From an uncultured archaeon (GTDB taxonomy: Archaea; Asgardarchaeota; Thorarchaeia; Thorarchaeales; Thorarchaeaceae): 32,399 nt of DNA. The stretch lies in the NCBI GenBank assembly GCA_964610875.1, contig CAZSWP010000029.1, positions 1 through 32,399 on the forward strand, written 5' to 3'. Made by a program: the position numbers and the translations under genes. The notes below the pieces were generated by a model. The model made no database searches, had not been told where the DNA came from, and saw only the letters and a program-made list of their open reading frames with translations. This document shows, piece after piece, positions 1-7,650 of the stretch (the first letter of the stretch is position 1; the number at the start of each line of letters is the position of its first letter).

Positions 1-2
1 TT

Positions 3-452
3 CCGATCTGGATTTCCCACAACTAAACCATATGGTGGTACATCTTTTGTGACAACTGCTCCACTCCCAACCATGCAATACTCGCCAAGTGTGGTGTCAC
101 AGATGATAACAGCATGAGCTCCAATGGATGCACCTCTTTTCACAAGAGTCTTCACTACTTCCCAGCTCTCACCAAATGCTCTTGGATACATATCATTTGT
201 GAATGTCATGTGGGGTCCACAGAAGACATCATCCTCAATGGTCACCCCATGATACACTGATACGCCATTCTGAATCTTTACATTATTACCAATCTGTACA
301 TCCGCATCAATATAGACGCCTTTACCTATATTGCAGCTTTCTCCAATTGTTGCTGTTCCTCGTACATGGGCAAAGTGCCAGATTCTCGTTCCTTTCCCTA
401 TTTTTGCACCCTCATCTACAACAGCTAAATCATGAATAAATGGGTCACTCAT
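3..452 (-). CDS. Hexapeptide-repeat (left-handed beta-helix) N-acetyltransferase, WbpD/WlbB-like; 3' end runs off the window
   Basis: Not in the ORF track. Manual translation from ATG at 452: [49 protein letters not shown]...[33 protein letters not shown]...[10 protein letters not shown]...[21 protein letters not shown], typical of nucleotide-sugar acetyltransferases. Confidence 0.9.
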   Translation of the reverse strand, partial: MSDPFIHDLAVVDEGAKIGKGTRIWHFAHVRGTATIGESCNIGKGVYIDADVQIGNNVKIQNGVSVYHGVTIEDDVFCGPHMTFTNDMYPRAFGESWEVVKTLVKRGASIGAHAVIICDTTLGEYCMVGSGAVVTKDVPPYGLVVGNPDR

Positions 453-487
453 TTAGATTCACAATAGCTGGATATCTAGTAGTTGAG

Positions 488-1108
488 TTAACTCTTCCTC
501 TTTTTCCGTCTTCTACCAGGTGTGAGATCTGACGCCCAGACTGTTCCCCGGTATACTTCAGAAGTTGGACATCCTACGCATTTCTCTGCTTTGAATCTTC
601 GACAATCTTTGCAAACCTGTCCACAAGGTGAATGACTATCCTCTCCTGGAGGTGATAAGTCAAGAGGCAAATATTGAGGAATCATGGGTGAGTTACCAAA
701 CCACGTTTCTGACCGACGAATTCCATCTTCTGTTCGTATTGAGCAAGTACCAAGGATTGACTCTAGTGAAAATGTGTCTTCAGCAACCATCACTGCAAAT
801 AGATTGTATCGCCCAGTCACTGGAGCAAGCATAACTAACCTTGGGCAGTCTTTGTATTTGTTGATCAACTTCTCAGTGATATCGATGTTCTCGGTTTCTA
901 AAGCAATGAATAGTAGTTTCATATCGAGGGATTCTGAATTCACTTCTGCTCCAATTCTCAACAACTTATTATCAGAAACGAGTTTATCTAACCTCTTTCT
1001 TACTGCTACATGTGACATTCCAAGTTCTTTTCCCATATCTGAAAGACTGGTCCTGCCATCTTTTCTCAGAATTGAGATGAGTTCCTTGTCCGTGTTGTCC
1101 ATCTGCAA
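488..1108 (-). CDS. Lrp/AsnC-family transcriptional regulator with C-terminal Cys cluster
   Basis: N-terminal MDNTDKELISILRKDGRTSLSDMGKELGMSHVAVRKRL HTH; RAM-domain VTGRYNL motif; tail CGQVCKDC...CVGCP; GGAGA SD-like sequence upstream of TTG (alternative ATG at 1102). Confidence 0.88.
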   Translation of the reverse strand: MQMDNTDKELISILRKDGRTSLSDMGKELGMSHVAVRKRLDKLVSDNKLLRIGAEVNSESLDMKLLFIALETENIDITEKLINKYKDCPRLVMLAPVTGRYNLFAVMVAEDTFSLESILGTCSIRTEDGIRRSETWFGNSPMIPQYLPLDLSPPGEDSHSPCGQVCKDCRRFKAEKCVGCPTSEVYRGTVWASDLTPGRRRKKRKS

Positions 1109-1166
1109 AATGTTAGCATCTCCTATGATTATCTAAGTTACAACTGTCATCCGTATTGTTCAGTTT

Positions 1167-1185
1167 AAGTTACTTCCTGTAACTT
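1167..1185. promoter_or_regulatory. Inverted repeat, putative operator upstream of the Lrp gene
   Basis: AAGTTAC-ttcct-GTAACTT perfect 7-bp inverted repeat; an additional AAGTTAC half-site at 1135-1141. Confidence 0.5.
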
Positions 1186-1245
1186 TGACATGCTAACGAC
1201 ATTAAAAATCCATCGAATTAGCGTAGTTTTGGTTATGAAATTGAA

Positions 1246-1869
1246 TTATATCTGTGCGGCCTGTTCCCAATCATGTTTGTAGATGTGTGCATTCACTGAG
1301 AGGGTAGTGACTGTTCCTGTATCCATATTCGTTCGTTCTGATACATGAGTAAGCAGCTCTCCAAGAGCATACACATTTGCTAGCCAAGCTCCGTACATAT
1401 CATTCGAACGAATCATGACTGATAGGTCAAGGCAATCCTCTCTAGCCATGAAGACAAAATGATTCAAACAGGGCACCTCGTCAACGACCTCATCTTTACG
1501 TGGGTCCCATGTTGTTGCCACTGCACGTCGAGTATTTGGATCTGACTTCAATTTTTCAATCACATATTCTATCTGATTGATAACTTCTGTTCCCCATGCA
1601 TTCAGTCGCTCGCCATAAGTATAATCAAAATCCATTCTATCTGGATTCAATAGTTGTGTTGCATATTTTTCTCGTAGCACTTTCTCACTGAATGGATAGA
1701 GGTCGGTCACACGGCCTGAGTATGGATAGCCAATATGAATCATAACATTGTCACACCATCGTGTCGCGATTCCTCTCTCATCTACCCTTGTCATCCCTGA
1801 GTTCATAATCATCCTAACGACACGTGTCCATCCATCAACTGGTGTTTTTGCTCTGAGGAATGTAGGCAT
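1246..1869 (-). CDS. thyA: Thymidylate synthase (archaeal ThyA type)
   Basis: YTYGERL, TRRAVATTW, VPCL (catalytic Cys), RSNDMYGAWLAN and HIY motifs. ATG at 1869 chosen; the ORF track starts at TTG 1878. Confidence 0.92.
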   Translation of the reverse strand: MPTFLRAKTPVDGWTRVVRMIMNSGMTRVDERGIATRWCDNVMIHIGYPYSGRVTDLYPFSEKVLREKYATQLLNPDRMDFDYTYGERLNAWGTEVINQIEYVIEKLKSDPNTRRAVATTWDPRKDEVVDEVPCLNHFVFMAREDCLDLSVMIRSNDMYGAWLANVYALGELLTHVSERTNMDTGTVTTLSVNAHIYKHDWEQAAQI

Positions 1870-2288
1870 AATGACCAAGTTGGGGGCATGAAGTTCCCCT
1901 ATCTAACTTTACCTCTCCAAGAAAAATTATCTAAGAATCGAAACAGCCGTCGTTTTGTCGAGAACGGAAGGCGCCAAACGATTCATGATTGAGGTGTTCT
2001 ATAGTTTGATATACTTTACTAGAAATATGGCTACTTGTCGTTGTGAAGATTGCAAAAAACAGAGGTTTTCCGACTTCAGATAGATTCACTTTTTGTATGA
2101 CTATATTAGGAATTGAATCATACATGTAGGTGTGCTCTATATTCACAACCGGGTTCCTTCACAGATGGCATGATGTGGGACTGGGGCCCATTTTGACGCA
2201 TGCTAACTCTTTTATTGGACCGCTGAAATTCTTCACTAGCCCCTCACCTGAGAGGTTGTTGAGTAAATGTCGCCGGGAGGAAATCTGA

Positions 2289-2570
2289 CTGACTATACCT
2301 ATACTATACCTTATTACGCAGGATGGTTGTATAAACTGCCCAGCAGCTAAGGCGATTGTTCAGGAGGCAATCGAAGACACTCCCGTAGTCCTTGAGACTA
2401 TCGACCTAAATGACATGGATCCCGACTTGGAATTTCGATTACTGGAAAACCAGGTCTTCATCGCGTCAACCCCGAGTATCATACTCGAGAACAATGGGGC
2501 ACTCAGGATGCTCTATAGTGGGATCATCCCCACCATAGAAGACGTACGCTCAGAACTGGGAGTGAACTAG
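2289..2570 (+). CDS. nrdH: Thioredoxin/glutaredoxin-like protein (NrdH-like), CTG start
   Basis: Not in the ORF track. (M)TIPILYLITQDGCINCPAAKAIVQEA...IASTPSIILE...ELGVN* has CxxC and the cis-Pro TP motif of the Trx fold. GGGAGG at 2275-2280 lies 8 nt before CTG; the stop is 3 nt before nrdD. Confidence 0.85.
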   Translation: MTIPILYLITQDGCINCPAAKAIVQEAIEDTPVVLETIDLNDMDPDLEFRLLENQVFIASTPSIILENNGALRMLYSGIIPTIEDVRSELGVN

Positions 2571-2573
2571 ACT

Positions 2574-4718
2574 TTGACTGACATTCAGAAATCATTGGCC
2601 AGCAATTTAGAGGAGATGAATGTGCGAGAGAAGAAGCTGCCTAAGGTACGCACAACTAGCGGCACCATGGTGCCGTTCGAAGCGCAGCGTATAGTTGACA
2701 GCCTGATGCTCGAAGCCAATCTACCTCATGGTGATGCACAACTTGTTTGTATTCGTGTGATGGACCGTATTGCCGCATCAGGAATCAAGTTTCTATCGGG
2801 GCCATTGATTCGTGAGATGTGTAACAGCGTTCTAGCTGAGATGGGTTTAGAGAAAGAACGTATCAGATACACTCGTGTTGGTGTCCCTATGTATGACCTC
2901 GACCAGTTGATCAATGCTCCTGGTGATCACACATCTAATGCTAATCTTATGAGGAATCCAGAAACTATTGCAAAACTTGTTCACGATCAAGTGATGGAAC
3001 AACACACCTATCTCTCAATTCCTGCTCATCTTGCAGACGCACACCTTCGTGGTGATATCTATATCAAAGACCGTGAATACTTCAGCACTCGTGACTACTG
3101 TGCAACATGGGACATGCGCCAGATTCTGCAGTTAGGTATTGCTCCTGATGGTCTTGGTGGTCTGCACTCCAGTGCTGCTGGTCCAGCACAACATCTCCAC
3201 GTCGCAGTAAACCATTCAGCTATTTGGCTTGCTGCAGCCCAGAGCTCCTTTGCTGGAGGACAAGGTTACTATTACTATAACACATTCCTTGCTCCCTTTA
3301 TGCAAGGTCTACCATACAAGAAAATCAAACAGGCTGCACAACAACTCATCTTTACACTCACACAACAGTATGTTGCAAGAGGTGGACAGGTCATCTTCTC
3401 TAGTGTAGACCTCACTCCTGGTATTCCCAATATCATGAAGGATGTTCCTGCTGTTCTGCCTGGTGGCAAGATCACAGAGACCACATATGGTGATTTTGAG
3501 GACGAAGCTAACCAGTTCTTCAATGCCTTTATGGAAGTCATGCTTGAGGGGGACTACAAGGGCAAAGGTTTCAACTTTCCAAAACCAAACATCGTACTCA
3601 GAAAGGAATTCATGAAACCTGAGTTCGATGAGTCGTGGCATAAGGTGGCAGAGCTCACAGCCAAGTTTGGCTCTCCTTACTTTGAGAACTATCTCAACTG
3701 GCGTTCTTCAATTGAGGCAGGTTGCAGCAGCTGTTGCTCACACCTCTGGACTGCAAGCAGCGATGAAGAGATGGAAGAGTTCCTTACTGGTAACATGGTC
3801 TTTGGGGCATCACAGATGGTGACTCCAAACTTTGGCCGTGCTGCTTACATTGGCAGGTCTGATGAAGAACGATTCTTCGCTAAGGTTGATGAGTACATCG
3901 AACTCTCAAAGGAAGTCGTTCTTGAGAAAAAGCGACAGATGGAAAAACTGATTGCCAGTGGTAGTGTGCCTTTCTACACACAGCCCAAACCAAATGGCGA
4001 TCCACTCATTGACATGACCAAGCGTGAGTTCTTACTTGGTACTGTAGGTTTTGAAGAGATGGCCTATATAATGACAGGTCATCATCTGCATGAACGCGAA
4101 GGCACTCGTTTTGGAATCAGAGTACTAAAGTATCTCAAGGAGAAAGCCAACGAATTCCAGGATGAGACCGGTCTACACTTTGGTGTGACTCGTACTCCTG
4201 CTGAGAGTGCTGCTGGACGACTCGCTGCTAAGGACTATCGTGCATATCCTGGTATCAGGAAGTATCTCAAGGGCGATGCTCCTAACGTCTACTACACAAA
4301 TAGCACGACTGTCGATGTAGGTGCGGATCTACAGCTGAGTGACCGTATCAAGAAAGAAGGGATGTTCCATCCTTACATGGATGGTGGAGCATTGACTCAC
4401 ATCTTCTTGGGCGAGGCAAACCCTGATCCTGATGCACTCTGGGCTCTTATTCGCAAAGTTGCCACAGACACATTGACCAGCTACTGGGCTATCACCAAAG
4501 ATGTCATGATTTGCAGTAACTGTTCCTATCAAGCTGGCGTTGACTGGAAGCAGATCGACCTCAATACCATCGATGACCTCACTAGAATCCCCTGCCCTCG
4601 TTGCGGAGTGCCTGGTGTTGATATTATTAGTCGCATCACCGGTTATATGCAGTCAATTAGCACTTTTAACAAAGCAAAACGCCAAGAATTCTTAGATAGG
4701 CACAGATATTCCTTGTAA
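2574..4718 (+). CDS. nrdD: Class III (anaerobic) ribonucleoside-triphosphate reductase with ATP cone
   Basis: N-terminal ATP cone (KVRTTSGTMVPFEAQRI); AHLRGDIYIKD; FPKP; SCCS finger loop; TPAESAAGR; YYTNS; CSNC/CPRC Zn site; glycyl-radical SRITGY motif. Confidence 0.96.
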   Translation: MTDIQKSLASNLEEMNVREKKLPKVRTTSGTMVPFEAQRIVDSLMLEANLPHGDAQLVCIRVMDRIAASGIKFLSGPLIREMCNSVLAEMGLEKERIRYTRVGVPMYDLDQLINAPGDHTSNANLMRNPETIAKLVHDQVMEQHTYLSIPAHLADAHLRGDIYIKDREYFSTRDYCATWDMRQILQLGIAPDGLGGLHSSAAGPAQHLHVAVNHSAIWLAAAQSSFAGGQGYYYYNTFLAPFMQGLPYKKIKQAAQQLIFTLTQQYVARGGQVIFSSVDLTPGIPNIMKDVPAVLPGGKITETTYGDFEDEANQFFNAFMEVMLEGDYKGKGFNFPKPNIVLRKEFMKPEFDESWHKVAELTAKFGSPYFENYLNWRSSIEAGCSSCCSHLWTASSDEEMEEFLTGNMVFGASQMVTPNFGRAAYIGRSDEERFFAKVDEYIELSKEVVLEKKRQMEKLIASGSVPFYTQPKPNGDPLIDMTKREFLLGTVGFEEMAYIMTGHHLHEREGTRFGIRVLKYLKEKANEFQDETGLHFGVTRTPAESAAGRLAAKDYRAYPGIRKYLKGDAPNVYYTNSTTVDVGADLQLSDRIKKEGMFHPYMDGGALTHIFLGEANPDPDALWALIRKVATDTLTSYWAITKDVMICSNCSYQAGVDWKQIDLNTIDDLTRIPCPRCGVPGVDIISRITGYMQSISTFNKAKRQEFLDRHRYSL

Positions 4719-4736
4719 GTTAATTTAAAGCATTAT

Positions 4737-4768
4737 GAGGGGTGGAAACCTCTCCGCTCTTACTTTTT
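4737..4768 (+). terminator. Hairpin plus T tract after nrdD
   Basis: GAGGGGT-GGAA-ACCTCTC 7-bp stem (one G-U pair) with GNRA loop, followed by cgctcttacttttt. Confidence 0.55.
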
Positions 4769-5013
4769 CAGATGCATCGTTGTTTGATGGGTCCTTAGCT
4801 AGCCATCTCTCAGGTTCAATATACGGATATATCACTAGTAGAATCAATCCAAGAAGGGGAACAAGAATGAATGGAATCCAAAATTCATGAAACTCATATT
4901 TCACTTCATATAGAAATCTTCGTGCGAATGCATTGTTGATACTTTGTACAAAGCTTCAGTGTAAGCATGACGTGTGTAGTTGCAAGACAGTCTAGCTAAA
5001 CCAGCGTTGATTG

Positions 5014-5340
5014 CTAATCTGACCCATTGGAAGTCGGTAGAGATAGTGCAAGTGCTGCTCCACAATTCATGCACTTCAGAATAGTGACCATGGGTGGATG
5101 TTCTACCATACCTTGCATCATGCGGACCAATGTGCCCTGCATACTTTTTGCCATGCCGGCTGCCATCTTCATCATACCTCCCATCATCCCACCTTGTGCA
5201 GCAGTTCTCTTCTGCATCCGGTCAAGTTCTTCAACATACATATCGACAATTGACGGGTCTACTCGGTCTACGAATTGAGCAGTCATCTCCACTCGCAGGT
5301 CTTCTTTACAGTGTGGACATATTGCAGTCATATTCAACAA
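5014..5340 (-). CDS. Small hypothetical protein with split CxxC...CxxC and Met/Gly-rich centre
   Basis: CPHC near the N-terminus, CMNC near the C-terminus; SD-like GAGTTAGGA upstream; start may be ATG 5331. Confidence 0.75.
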   Translation of the reverse strand: MLNMTAICPHCKEDLRVEMTAQFVDRVDPSIVDMYVEELDRMQKRTAAQGGMMGGMMKMAAGMAKSMQGTLVRMMQGMVEHPPMVTILKCMNCGAALALSLPTSNGSD

Positions 5341-5603
5341 TCCTAACTCACGTTTGTTCTATGTTTGATGCTCTTGAAAGAATAAAAACCTTTGAGCTTT
5401 ATTAGTGTAATCATTTAGCTTACGTGCAGACCTATGCTGAATTAAGTGTAACTCCCCCCTCTCCCTATTTCAATTATCCAGTCTGTTTGAAGTAAGCAAT
5501 AAAGCATACTTGATTCTGTACCGATATTGAAATTTCAAGTAACTGCTTCAATGGCAATGGATAATACATAACCATGGAGATGAGAATCTAGTACGGTGTT
5601 TCT

Positions 5604-6326
5604 ATGAAGTCCATCATTTATCCCTCCCCAGTCTATGGATTCCTACAATTCATATCCCAATATGAAAGAGCGAATGATGTAGAACTTGGAAGAAAGATAC
5701 TGGACTGTGCAGCAGGTGGCAGGAGACCTCCACTTGGTCTATTCTTCGAGCATGGGTTTGAAACATATGGTATTGATATATCTCAGGATCAGATTGACCT
5801 GGCGAATAACTTCGCAAAGAAACACAAAATGAAACTCAATATTTCAGAAGGTGATATGCGCGAGATACCCTTTGATGATATCACTTTTGATTTTGTATAC
5901 GAATTCTATTCCATGGTTCACCTTGTCAAGGATGATATTAGAAGATCAGTAAGAGAAATGCGGCGCGTCTTGAAACCGAAGGGATTTCTCTTTATTGGGT
6001 TCATGTCGAATGAGTGCTGTCCAATTCATGGGGAGGAGAGAAATGATGGTGAGTTCTGGCTTATTGAACACGGTCAGAAGACTGTCCACAGTACTTTCAA
6101 GCGAGAAGAGATTAGACCCTATCTCTCCGGTTTCAAAGTATTTCAAGAGGAAGAGATAGCCCAACGAATTCCATGGAGATTTGAGAAGCTAACTCGTAAA
6201 GCATGGAATGACGAATATAAGGATTATTGGACAAGATACACAAGGAAAGCGTGGGAATCAATGTATGATGAGCTTCGAGAGAAGCAAGTCTACACCCATT
6301 TCTTTTACATTCTTCAAAAGATATGA
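5604..6326 (+). CDS. Class I SAM-dependent methyltransferase
   Basis: ILDCAAGG motif I, GIDIS, GDMREIPF...FDFVY, RVLKPKG. Confidence 0.88.
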   Translation: MKSIIYPSPVYGFLQFISQYERANDVELGRKILDCAAGGRRPPLGLFFEHGFETYGIDISQDQIDLANNFAKKHKMKLNISEGDMREIPFDDITFDFVYEFYSMVHLVKDDIRRSVREMRRVLKPKGFLFIGFMSNECCPIHGEERNDGEFWLIEHGQKTVHSTFKREEIRPYLSGFKVFQEEEIAQRIPWRFEKLTRKAWNDEYKDYWTRYTRKAWESMYDELREKQVYTHFFYILQKI

Positions 6327-6438
6327 TTTAGCATTCCCACTAAGAATTTTGTCTGAAAGATATGGTAAGGGTTAGCTAGGTTTCAGATGCCTTTTCCAGA
6401 AGCCAAAGAATTATAAGAATAATTAACAATAGTTTACT

Positions 6439-6729
6439 ATGAAAAGTCAATTTACATTAATTGGAAAGATCATAGCTAATCAGCTTGGAAAATTTGGATC
6501 AAGGGAAATAATATATGGCTATCTCACTATTGAAGAGGAGACTGGGAAACACACTCGAATTAAAGTGGACTCATACACCGAATGGGATACCCTATCCATA
6601 GGTGATATGGTTGAGATACAGGCCACAGAACTCGGAAATACTGGAATCATTACTGCACGTAGAGTAATCCTAAAACCAGGTCCTTTCTTTAGTTCTGAAG
6701 ACCAATCTGTAGCAGAGATGAGTGCGTAG
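6439..6729 (+). CDS. Hypothetical protein, possible OB fold
   Basis: 96-aa beta-rich ORF with LSIGDMVEI...ARRV pattern common in OB-fold proteins. Confidence 0.7.
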   Translation: MKSQFTLIGKIIANQLGKFGSREIIYGYLTIEEETGKHTRIKVDSYTEWDTLSIGDMVEIQATELGNTGIITARRVILKPGPFFSSEDQSVAEMSA

Positions 6730-7128
6730 TAGAATTGTTGTTGGCACGGTTGTTGACAAGTACTGCCTATGCCATCTATCGAAATCCCCTATTCTTGTAA
6801 GAAATATTGATTTTTCATAAGATTTTCGTAGACATCAAAGATCCATATCAGAATAACAGATGAGATTCTCACAAGAATGAATGATATGGATTTTGATGTA
6901 AAAGAGAATAGTAAAATATTTGATGAACTCCTGATTGCGAGTTTTCCGTATCTTGAAATAACCTCATCAGAATGATTTGTATTGATGATTTACAAGACGA
7001 TTCCAGCTAAGTATCTAGACAATCTCAAATTTCTTTTCTTCATATCGGATACACTTGAGTCTGAAATAGCTCTATTGCAATAGTTATATGGGATAGAACT
7101 TGTATTAACATAAATTGGAGGAAATGAA

Positions 7129-7293
7129 ATGGGACTCCATTGTCATGATATGAAAAAAGGTCAGATATATTTCTGTGCGGATTGCGGTCTTGAGATTGAA
7201 ATCAAGTCGGAATGTACACAATGCTGTGGGGACGAGGACAATTGTGGTTGTTCTTTCAGTTGTTGTGGTGCTGACCTCAAACTGAAAAAATAG
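7129..7293 (+). CDS. 54-aa Cys-rich metal-binding protein (desulforedoxin-like)
   Basis: Below the ORF-track cutoff. MGLHCHDMKKGQIYFCADCGLEIEIKSECTQCCGDEDNCGCSFSCCGADLKLKK*; GGAGG at 7117-7121; downstream hairpin terminator. Confidence 0.85.
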   Translation: MGLHCHDMKKGQIYFCADCGLEIEIKSECTQCCGDEDNCGCSFSCCGADLKLKK

Positions 7294-7302
7294 ACTAAAC
7301 TA

Positions 7303-7335
7303 GCTGGGAAAACACCCAGCACACTTTCTTTCTTT
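7303..7335 (+). terminator. Hairpin plus pyrimidine tract
   Basis: GCTGGG-AAAACA-CCCAGC then acactttctttcttt, starting about 10 nt after the stop at 7293. Confidence 0.6.
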
Positions 7336-7650
7336 AAATCAATAATGAATGATCACATTTCCTGTTCTACATTGTTGAGTTAAAATACAAATTCCTGTGG
7401 AATAATGAAAACACTCAGACGTCCAATTAGAATCGCATTTTTGTAACTTGGATTGTAGATCCAAGTCTGAATCATTCCACTTCAAATGTACTCCCCAATT
7501 TCCGATTTGATAACAAAAATGCTCTAACTATCTTATAAAATACAAATCCTAACTCAGGACAATAGAACGATGTTGTGTATCCAAATACCCAAGTAGAGAG
7601 ATATGCATTAATCGAGCTATAATATGTTTGAGTATCTTTGGGGGACTACT

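Noticed and set aside
203-439. ORF-track + strand 78-aa ORF
   Set aside because: Antisense shadow of the real minus-strand acetyltransferase.
1931-2146. 71-aa minus-strand ORF upstream of thyA
   Set aside because: No motif or SD; lies in the likely divergent promoter region.
2286-2288. In-frame TGA just before the redoxin, as possible selenocysteine
   Set aside because: It lies upstream of the fold's first strand rather than at CxxC, the SD points to CTG 2289, and no SECIS was recognised.
6730-7110. Short protein-like fragments (e.g. MNDMDFDVKENSKIFDELL...)
   Set aside because: Interrupted by stops, with no recognisable family; a gene or pseudogene call cannot be supported.
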